Source: Escherichia coli (GTDB lineage Bacteria; Pseudomonadota; Gammaproteobacteria; Enterobacterales; Enterobacteriaceae). Taken from it: 64,000 nucleotides of DNA. Below, in pieces: positions 56,173 through 64,000 of this stretch. The translations under genes were made by a program, and so were the position numbers. The notes under the pieces were generated by a model, which was given only the letters and a program-made list of their open reading frames with translations, did not search any database and was not told where the DNA came from. Each line of letters opens with the position of its first letter. Positions within the stretch are counted from its first letter, which is position 1. The DNA is taken from the NCBI RefSeq assembly GCF_017348835.2, contig NZ_CP071375.1; one strand, 5' to 3'.

Positions 56173-57149
56173 AACCAGTCCACTTCATCTTTATGCTCTT
56201 CGAAATCGGCGCGCATCACCTCAATCAGCTCCACCATATCTTGTGGAATAGGCGCATGCCATTCCATTTCGATACCGGAGATCGGGTGATAAAGACGCAG
56301 CATGGTTGCATGAAGCGCCTGGCGGTCAAATTTACGCAGCGTGGAGATAAACGCTTCCGAAGCACCTTTTGGCGGACGCGGACGGCCACCATAAACCGGA
56401 TCGCCCACCAGCGGATGAGTGATATGGGCCATATGCACGCGGATCTGGTGCGTACGTCCAGTTTCCAGACGCAACCGCAGACGCGTGTGCACACGGAAGT
56501 GTTCCATGATGCGATAGTGAGTCACCGCCGGTTTGCCCATCGGATGCACCGCCATGTGAGTACGTTTGGTCGGGTGGCGGCTGATTGGTTCATCTACTGT
56601 ACCGCCAGCGGTCATATGACCAATTGCCACCGCTTCATACTCACGAGTAATTTCACGCCTTTGCAAAGATTCGACTAAACGCGTCTGAGCCGGAACGGTT
56701 TTTGCCACAACCATCAGGCCAGTGGTGTCTTTATCCAGACGATGGACGATGCCCGCACGTGGTACATCGGCAATGGGCGGATAGTAATGAAGCAACGCAT
56801 TCAGTACCGTGCCATCCGGGTTACCCGCGCCAGGATGTACCACCAGATCGCGCGGTTTATTAATGACGATGATATATTCATCTTCATAGACGATATCCAG
56901 CGGGATATCCTGCGGTTCAAAACGCGCTTCTTCTTCAATCTCAGCATTGATGGCAACCTGCTCGCCACCCAATACTTTTTCTTTCGGCTTATCACAAACT
57001 TTGCCGTTTACCAGCACGCGCTGGTCGAGGATCCATTCTTTTATTCGCGAACGTGAATAATCCGGGAACATTTCGGCCAAAGCCTGATCTAAGCGTTGTC
57101 CGAGTTGGTTTTCGGACACCGTTGCAGTGAGCTGTACTCGTTGTGCCAT
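56169..57149 (-). CDS. rluD: 23S rRNA pseudouridine synthase D
   Basis: S4 domain plus RluA-family catalytic motif HRLDKDTTG; 326 aa. Confidence 0.95.
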   Translation of the reverse strand: MAQRVQLTATVSENQLGQRLDQALAEMFPDYSRSRIKEWILDQRVLVNGKVCDKPKEKVLGGEQVAINAEIEEEARFEPQDIPLDIVYEDEYIIVINKPRDLVVHPGAGNPDGTVLNALLHYYPPIADVPRAGIVHRLDKDTTGLMVVAKTVPAQTRLVESLQRREITREYEAVAIGHMTAGGTVDEPISRHPTKRTHMAVHPMGKPAVTHYRIMEHFRVHTRLRLRLETGRTHQIRVHMAHITHPLVGDPVYGGRPRPPKGASEAFISTLRKFDRQALHATMLRLYHPISGIEMEWHAPIPQDMVELIEVMRADFEEHKDEVDWL

Positions 57150-57283
57150 ATATACTGCTTCTTCGTTTATCGTTGGGGTTTTACGGCTTTGCCGTTTAAT
57201 ATAGTGTGCTATTGTAGCTGGTCTTAACCGGGAGCAGGAACAGAGAATCTCCCGTATTACATTTTGAGGAAAGTCAAAACGTC

Positions 57284-58021
57284 ATGACGCGCATGAAATA
57301 TCTGGTGGCAGCCGCCACACTAAGCCTGTTTTTGGCGGGTTGCTCGGGGTCAAAGGAAGAAGTACCTGATAATCCGCCAAATGAAATTTACGCGACTGCA
57401 CAACAAAAGCTGCAGGACGGTAACTGGAGACAGGCAATAACGCAACTGGAAGCGTTAGATAATCGCTATCCGTTTGGTCCGTATTCGCAGCAGGTGCAGC
57501 TGGATCTCATCTACGCCTACTATAAAAACGCCGATTTGCCGTTAGCGCAGGCTGCCATCGATCGTTTTATTCGCCTAAACCCGACCCATCCGAATATCGA
57601 TTATGTCATGTACATGCGTGGCCTGACCAATATGGCGCTGGATGACAGTGCGCTGCAAGGGTTCTTTGGCGTTGACCGTAGCGATCGCGATCCTCAACAT
57701 GCACGAGCTGCGTTTAGTGACTTTTCCAAACTGGTGCGCGGCTATCCAAACAGTCAGTACACCACCGATGCCACCAAACGTCTGGTATTCCTGAAAGATC
57801 GTCTGGCGAAATATGAATACTCCGTGGCCGAGTACTATACAGAACGTGGCGCATGGGTTGCCGTCGTTAACCGCGTAGAAGGCATGTTGCGCGACTACCC
57901 GGATACCCAGGCTACGCGTGATGCGCTGCCGCTGATGGAAAATGCATACCGTCAGATGCAGATGAATGCGCAAGCTGAAAAAGTAGCGAAAATCATCGCC
58001 GCAAACAGCAGCAATACATAA
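57284..58021 (+). CDS. bamD: Outer membrane assembly lipoprotein BamD
   Basis: [22 protein letters not shown] lipobox plus TPR-like repeats; 245 aa. Confidence 0.95.
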
Positions 58022-58058
58022 CAGAAACCTGAAACACAAAACGGCAGCCCTTGAGCTG

Positions 58059-59484
58059 TAATGCCAGTCAGTTAAGCAACTGACTGGCTCTTTTTCGGGG
58101 CTGTGGGGTATTTCCAGGGCCTCTCCTTTACCACTCTCGGGAAGGCCCTTTCCCTTCTTGTCGGTAATTTCACAAGTTGTCCCATACTTGCAAGATCGCG
58201 CATCAGCTCCGGTATACGTCCCGGTGAAGCGCCCTGCAATGTCATCAGCATTCTCATCACCATTCCGCATGATTCTGAGAAGCTCAGTTGATTTGGCCAG
58301 TAACCTTTCAGATGTTCCGCCATTTTAATCATCTGATATCTCACCAGATTATAAGCCAGTAAGACACCCCACAGCTCTTGCTCCACAAGCTCAGGCTTTT
58401 TACTTCTCAGCGTCAGCCTGCTCAGTTGCATCGTCTGTTTTATCTCCCTGTATCCCAGTTCGATTTCCCAGCGATGACTGTACAGATCCGCCATTTCTCC
58501 TCCGGGGAAGCGCATGGCGTCCGTCATCGACGTCAGCAGATGGCAGACTTTTCCTTTGCGCGTCACGGTCAGCAGGCGGGCTGTCACCTCATTTCCCAGT
58601 CCCGGCCACTTTTTTCGTGCCTGCGGGCTGGTTTTCAGCTTCACCAGATGATCGCCTTTACCCAGTTTTCTGATCTCTTCATATTGCGCTCCCTTTCTGA
58701 GAGGGATCATCCAGTGGCGGTGTTCTCCCGCCAGGCTCCAGGCATTTAACAATCCCAGTGAGTAATAACCTTTATCCATTAACGTCAGAGTGTTATCGCC
58801 GGTTTGTTCTATAAGTTGCTCAGCAAGCTCATTTTCGCTGTTCTTCATCGTGCCGAAGGCTGCAGCCGTCAGCAGATGGCTGGTCAGTTCCATCTGGCAG
58901 ACCATTTTGACCTGCGGGTAGAGCGCCGGGGTCCCGGCATGTGTCTGGCGAGGGAAGGCTGCATCGTTCTCTGGTGTATCCGGTGTGCGCCAGAACACAC
59001 CATCGATGGCCAGCAGGGTCAGGCCGCACCAGTGCGGATGCGGCGTGGCGTTATGCCAGAGCTGCGCTGTTTTCGTGAACACGCGGCGGACAGCCTCACT
59101 TCCCAGGCGCTGGCGGGCCTGAATAACAGCACTGGGGGCAACGAAGGTGCGATTGCCCGGCAGCATGATGTCCAGGCGATTCACAATCTGGTGAAGAGGT
59201 TCTTTACGCTCAAGCGCCATGCCAACAATACACCAGACCATCATTTCGAGGGGAAGACGGCGCTTGCGTAGCGTTACAGTACCTGATTCGGCAAGGCAAC
59301 GAGAGATGAGTTCGGGGTCGAGGTAATCTCCCAGAGAAGTCAGTGGGTTACGCAGAGAATCGTAACGGGATACCAGATCAAGAGCCTGTCCAATGTGCAT
59401 AAAAAAATCCGGAAACGAGTGAGCGTTTCCGGATTCTTACACAGCCACTGGATCGGTCAACTGATCCTTAACTGATCGGCATTA
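58059..59484 (-). mobile_element. IS4 insertion sequence, complete (1426 bp)
   Basis: Inverted termini TAATGCC...GGCATTA, single 442-aa transposase ORF, flanked by direct repeats CAGCCCTTGAGCTG at 58045-58058 and 59485-59498. Confidence 0.92.
58072..59400 (-). CDS. insG: IS4 transposase (DDE family)
   Basis: 442 aa, [50 protein letters not shown]..., recalled as IS4 InsG. Confidence 0.92.
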   Translation of the reverse strand: MHIGQALDLVSRYDSLRNPLTSLGDYLDPELISRCLAESGTVTLRKRRLPLEMMVWCIVGMALERKEPLHQIVNRLDIMLPGNRTFVAPSAVIQARQRLGSEAVRRVFTKTAQLWHNATPHPHWCGLTLLAIDGVFWRTPDTPENDAAFPRQTHAGTPALYPQVKMVCQMELTSHLLTAAAFGTMKNSENELAEQLIEQTGDNTLTLMDKGYYSLGLLNAWSLAGEHRHWMIPLRKGAQYEEIRKLGKGDHLVKLKTSPQARKKWPGLGNEVTARLLTVTRKGKVCHLLTSMTDAMRFPGGEMADLYSHRWEIELGYREIKQTMQLSRLTLRSKKPELVEQELWGVLLAYNLVRYQMIKMAEHLKGYWPNQLSFSESCGMVMRMLMTLQGASPGRIPELMRDLASMGQLVKLPTRRERAFPRVVKERPWKYPTAPKKSQSVA

Positions 59485-59677
59485 CAGCCCTTGAGCTGCC
59501 GTTTTTTTATTCTGTCAGTTGTGAAACTGAAGCGATTTAGTCGCTATCGATCTCATCAAATATGGCTCGCTTTGAGATATTCCTCAAGTAAAAAAACACC
59601 TCTTCCTGCGATTTCTCACAAAAAAGATTCGTTGACAAAAAGTGACAAAATTATGAGATTTCCATCACACATTTTGA

Positions 59678-60073
<396 letters not shown>

Positions 60074-60096
60074 TCCTTTATATTGAGTGTATCGCC

Positions 60097-60120
60097 AACG
60101 CGCCTTCGGGCGCGTTTTTT
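60097..60120 (+). terminator. raiA rho-independent terminator
   Basis: AACGCGCC-TTCG-GGCGCGTT hairpin followed by TTTTTT. Confidence 0.75.
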
Positions 60121-60121
60121 G

Positions 60122-60160
60122 TTGACAGCGTGAAAACAGTACGGGTACTGTACTAAAGTC
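60122..60160 (+). promoter_or_regulatory. pheL-pheA promoter
   Basis: TTGACA -35 at 60122-60127 and an A/T-rich -10 region upstream of pheL. Confidence 0.6.
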
Positions 60161-60176
60161 ACTTAAGGAAACAAAC

Positions 60177-60224
60177 ATGAAACACATACCGTTTTTCTTC
60201 GCATTCTTTTTTACCTTCCCCTGA
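60177..60224 (+). CDS. pheL: pheA leader peptide (15 aa, Phe-rich)
   Basis: ATG AAA CAC ATA CCG TTT TTC TTC GCA TTC TTT TTT ACC TTC CCC TGA = [15 protein letters not shown]. Confidence 0.93.
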
Positions 60225-60271
60225 ATGGGAGGCGTTTCGTCGTGTGAAACAGAATGCGAAGACGAACAATA

Positions 60272-60299
60272 AGGCCTCCCAAATCGGGGGGCCTTTTTT
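60272..60299 (+). terminator. pheA attenuator terminator
   Basis: GGCCTCCC-AAATC-GGGGGGCC hairpin followed by TTTTTT between pheL and pheA. Confidence 0.85.
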
Positions 60300-60322
60300 A
60301 TTGATAACAAAAAGGCAACACT

Positions 60323-61483
60323 ATGACATCGGAAAACCCATTACTGGCGCTGCGAGAGAAAATCAGCGCGCTGGATGAAAAATTATTAGCATTACTCGCA
60401 GAGCGGCGCGAACTGGCCGTCGAGGTGGGAAAAGCCAAACTGCTCTCGCATCGCCCGGTACGTGATATTGATCGTGAACGCGATTTACTGGAAAGATTAA
60501 TTACGCTCGGTAAAGCGCACCATCTGGACGCCCATTACATTACTCGCCTGTTCCAGCTCATCATTGAAGATTCCGTATTAACTCAGCAGGCTTTGCTCCA
60601 ACAACATCTCAATAAAATTAATCCGCACTCAGCACGCATCGCTTTTCTCGGCCCCAAAGGTTCTTATTCCCATCTTGCGGCGCGCCAGTATGCTGCCCGT
60701 CACTTTGAGCAATTCATTGAAAGTGGCTGCGCCAAATTTGCCGATATTTTTAATCAGGTGGAAACCGGCCAGGCCGACTATGCCGTCGTACCGATTGAAA
60801 ATACCAGCTCCGGTGCCATAAATGACGTTTACGATCTGCTGCAACATACCAGCTTGTCGATTGTTGGCGAGATGACGTTAACTATCGACCATTGTTTGTT
60901 AGTCTCCGGCACGACTGATTTATCCACCATCAATACGGTCTACAGCCATCCGCAGCCATTCCAGCAATGCAGCAAATTCCTTAATCGTTATCCGCACTGG
61001 AAGATTGAATATACCGAAAGTACGTCTGCGGCAATGGAAAAGGTTGCACAGGCAAAATCACCGCATGTTGCTGCGTTGGGAAGCGAAGCTGGCGGCACTT
61101 TGTACGGTTTGCAGGTACTGGAGCGGATTGAAGCGAATCAGCGACAAAACTTCACCCGATTTGTGGTGTTGGCGCGTAAAGCCATTAACGTGTCTGATCA
61201 AGTTCCGGCGAAAACGACGTTGTTAATGGCGACCGGGCAACAAGCCGGTGCGCTGGTTGAAGCGTTGCTGGTACTGCGCAACCACAATCTGATTATGACC
61301 CGTCTGGAATCACGCCCGATTCACGGTAATCCATGGGAAGAGATGTTTTATCTGGATATTCAGGCCAATCTTGAATCAGCGGAAATGCAAAAAGCATTGA
61401 AAGAGTTAGGGGAAATCACCCGTTCAATGAAGGTATTGGGCTGTTACCCAAGTGAGAACGTAGTGCCTGTTGATCCAACCTGA
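60323..61483 (+). CDS. pheA: Bifunctional chorismate mutase / prephenate dehydratase
   Basis: 386 aa, [39 protein letters not shown]... Confidence 0.97.
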
Positions 61484-61490
61484 TGAAAAG

Positions 61491-61518
61491 GTGCCGGATG
61501 ATGTGAATCATCCGGCAC
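61491..61518. terminator. Bidirectional terminator between convergent pheA and tyrA
   Basis: GTGCCGGATGAT-GTGAA-TCATCCGGCAC hairpin. Confidence 0.7.
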
Positions 61519-61525
61519 TGGATTA

Positions 61526-62647
61526 TTACTGGCGATTGTCATTCGCCTGACGCAATAACACGCGGCTTTCACTCTGAAAACGCTGTGCGTAATCGCCGAA
61601 CCAGTGCTCCACCTTGCGGAAACTGTCAATAAACGCCTGCTTATCGCCCTGCTCCAGCAACTCAATCGCCTCGCCGAAACGCTTATAGTAACGTTTGATT
61701 AACGCCAGATTACGCTCTGACGACATAATAATGTCGGCATAAAGCTGCGGATCCTGAGCAAACAGTCGCCCGACCATCGCCAGCTCAAGGCGGTAAATCG
61801 GCGAAGAGAGCGCCAGAAGTTGCTCAAGCTGAACATTTTCTTCTGCCAGGTGCAGCCCGTAAGCAAAAGTAGCAAAGTGGCGCAGTGCCTGAATAAACGC
61901 CATATTCTGATCGTGCTCGACGGCGCTAATACGATGCAACCGAGCGCCCCAGACCTGAATTTGCTCCAGAAACCATTGGTATGCTTCCGGTTTACGTCCA
62001 TCACACCAGACCACAACTTGCTTTGCCAGGCTACCGCTATCCGGACCAAACATCGGGTGTAACCCCAGCACCGGGCCATCATGCGCCGCCAGCATGGCCT
62101 GTAACGGCCCATTTTTCACTGATGCCAGATCGACCAGAATACAGTCTTGCGGTAAACGCGGTAATTTGCCGATAACTTGTTCTGTAACATGAATCGGCAC
62201 GCTGACAATCACCATACCGGCATCGGCAACAATCTCAGCCGCGCGATCCCAGTCATGTTGTTCAAGGATCCGCACCTGATAGCCAGAGAGCGTCAGCATC
62301 TTCTCGAACAAGCGCCCCATCTGTCCACCGCCACCAACAATGACTACCGGACGTAGTGAAGGACAAAGCGTTTTAAACCCTTTGTCGTTTTCACTGGAGT
62401 AGGACTCACGCATTACCCGACGCAGAACATCTTCAATCAGATCTGGCGGCACGCCGAGTGCTTCCGCCTCTGCACGCCGCGAGGCCAACATAGATGCCTC
62501 ACGCTCCGGAACATAAATAGGCAGTCCAAAGCGGCTTTTTACTTCGCCCACTTCGGCAACCAGTTCCAGACGCTTCGCTAATAAATTCAGCAGCTCTTTA
62601 TCGACTTCATCAATTTGATCGCGTAATGCGGTCAATTCAGCAACCAT
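61526..62647 (-). CDS. tyrA: Bifunctional chorismate mutase / prephenate dehydrogenase
   Basis: 373 aa, [37 protein letters not shown]...; NAD-binding IVGGGGQMG. Confidence 0.97.
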   Translation of the reverse strand: MVAELTALRDQIDEVDKELLNLLAKRLELVAEVGEVKSRFGLPIYVPEREASMLASRRAEAEALGVPPDLIEDVLRRVMRESYSSENDKGFKTLCPSLRPVVIVGGGGQMGRLFEKMLTLSGYQVRILEQHDWDRAAEIVADAGMVIVSVPIHVTEQVIGKLPRLPQDCILVDLASVKNGPLQAMLAAHDGPVLGLHPMFGPDSGSLAKQVVVWCDGRKPEAYQWFLEQIQVWGARLHRISAVEHDQNMAFIQALRHFATFAYGLHLAEENVQLEQLLALSSPIYRLELAMVGRLFAQDPQLYADIIMSSERNLALIKRYYKRFGEAIELLEQGDKQAFIDSFRKVEHWFGDYAQRFQSESRVLLRQANDNRQ

Positions 62648-62657
62648 AATAAACCTC

Positions 62658-63728
62658 TTAAGCCACGCGCGCCGTCAGTTGCCCTTTGAGATCATGATGG
62701 ATCTCACGCAGCAAGGCATCAGTCATTTCCCAGCTAATGCAGGCATCGGTTACGGATACACCGTATTTCATTTCACTGCGCGGTTGCTCGGAAGACTGAT
62801 TGCCCTCGTGGATATTACTTTCGATCATCAGACCAATAATTGAGCGATTGCCATCTTTGATTTGAGCAACCACGGATTCTGCCACCGCAGGCTGACGGCG
62901 ATAATCTTTATTGGAATTACCGTGGCTGCAATCTACCATCAGAGACGGGCGCAGTCCCGCCTGTTCCATCTCTTTTTCACATTGCGCAACATCCGCAGGG
63001 CTATAGTTCGGCGCTTTACCACCGCGCAGGATCACATGCCCGTCCGGATTCCCCTGAGTTTGTAGCAACGCAACCTGCCCTGCCTGGTTAATGCCAACAA
63101 AACGGTGCGGCTGGGCGGCGGCGCGCATAGCGTTAATTGCCGTTGCCAGACTGCCATCGGTGCCGTTTTTAAAACCAACCGGCATGGAAAGCCCGGAGGC
63201 CATTTCACGGTGAGTTTGCGATTCCGTTGTACGAGCACCAATTGCTGACCAGCTAAACAGATCGCCCAGGTATTGCGGGCTATTCGGATCTAACGCTTCC
63301 GTCGCCAGTGGCAGTCCCATATTCACCAGCTCAAGCAGCAATTTACGCGCGATCTGCAGCCCGGCTTCTACATCAAAAGAGCCATCCATATGGGGATCGT
63401 TAATTAACCCTTTCCAGCCGACAGTGGTACGGGGTTTTTCAAAATAGACGCGCATTACCAGATAGAGGCTATCGCTGACCTCTGCGGCAAGGGCTTTAAA
63501 TCGACGAGCATATTCCAGAGCAGTTTCCGGATCATGAATGGAACAAGGACCACATACTACCAGCAGACGAGGATCGCGCCCGGCGATAATATCTGAAATG
63601 GTTTTACGCGAGTCAGCAATCTGGGCTTCTTGTTGCAGGCTTAATGGAAAAGCGGCCTTCAGTTGTGCCGGAGTCATTAAAACCTGTTCGTCGGTAATAT
63701 GTACGTTATTCAGCGCGTCTTTTTGCAT
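62658..63728 (-). CDS. aroF: DAHP synthase, Tyr-sensitive
   Basis: [20 protein letters not shown]...; start trimmed from 63797. Confidence 0.96.
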   Translation of the reverse strand: MQKDALNNVHITDEQVLMTPAQLKAAFPLSLQQEAQIADSRKTISDIIAGRDPRLLVVCGPCSIHDPETALEYARRFKALAAEVSDSLYLVMRVYFEKPRTTVGWKGLINDPHMDGSFDVEAGLQIARKLLLELVNMGLPLATEALDPNSPQYLGDLFSWSAIGARTTESQTHREMASGLSMPVGFKNGTDGSLATAINAMRAAAQPHRFVGINQAGQVALLQTQGNPDGHVILRGGKAPNYSPADVAQCEKEMEQAGLRPSLMVDCSHGNSNKDYRRQPAVAESVVAQIKDGNRSIIGLMIESNIHEGNQSSEQPRSEMKYGVSVTDACISWEMTDALLREIHHDLKGQLTARVA

Positions 63729-63822
63729 GATGGCGATCCTGTTTATGCTCGTTTGCGATAGTTGATCCTCAGCGAGGATGACGTAACGATAACACATAAA
63801 GTAAAGTTTTCAATCCATATTT

Positions 63823-63892
63823 CGTACATTTTTCTTTACATAAGCAATTTATTCGCGCTTTCAACCCTTGCCCCTGTATAGATAAATTTACA
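63823..63892 (-). promoter_or_regulatory. TyrR boxes in aroF control region
   Basis: Reverse-strand TGTAAA-N6-TGTACG at 63823-63840 and TGTATA-N6-TTTACA at 63875-63892. Confidence 0.65.
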
Positions 63893-63938
63893 CCACCTTT
63901 GAAAACAATCCGCTATGCTTTGAAAAAGGAGAAAGAAA

Positions 63939-64000
63939 TGATGAAAAAGTTTATCGCCCCCTTGTTGGCTTTACTGGTTAGCGGATGCCAGATTGATCCT
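63939..64000 (+). CDS. yfiL: Lipoprotein YfiL, N-terminal fragment (continues past window end)
   Basis: MMKKFIAPLLALLVSGCQIDP lipobox; AGGAGA SD upstream. Confidence 0.7.

Overview
This window reads as ordinary Escherichia coli/Shigella core chromosome, collinear with the K-12 yphF-glyA-purL-rpoE-rrnG-clpB-pheA-aroF region; I found no convincing novel multi-gene system. All calls are from reading the sequence and recalled protein/RNA sequences, with no database search run. Gene order is yphF(partial)-yphG-yphH-glyA-hmp-glnB-glrR-qseG-glrK-glmY-purL-mltF-tadA-pgpC-yfhH-yfhL-shoB/ohsC-acpS-pdxJ-recO-era-rnc-lepB-lepA-rseCBA-rpoE-nadB-trmN6-srmB-yfiE-eamB-grcA-ung-yfiF-trxC-yfiP-patZ-pssA-yfiM-kgtP-rrnG(5S,23S,tRNA-Glu,16S)-clpB-yfiH-rluD-bamD-[IS4]-raiA-pheL-pheA-tyrA-aroF-yfiL(partial). 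The one structural departure from the K-12 reference is a complete 1426-bp IS4 element inserted into the bamD terminator hairpin upstream of raiA, with a 12-14 bp target duplication. Other points worth a second look are a 20-codon ORF with a consensus Shine-Dalgarno between kgtP and the rrnG terminator, the shoB/ohsC type I toxin-antitoxin locus with a 19-nt repeat, and the GlmY sRNA with its sigma54 promoter and three GlrR sites. Start codons were trimmed from the six-frame ORFs where an upstream extension lacked a ribosome-binding site or contradicted the known N-terminus.
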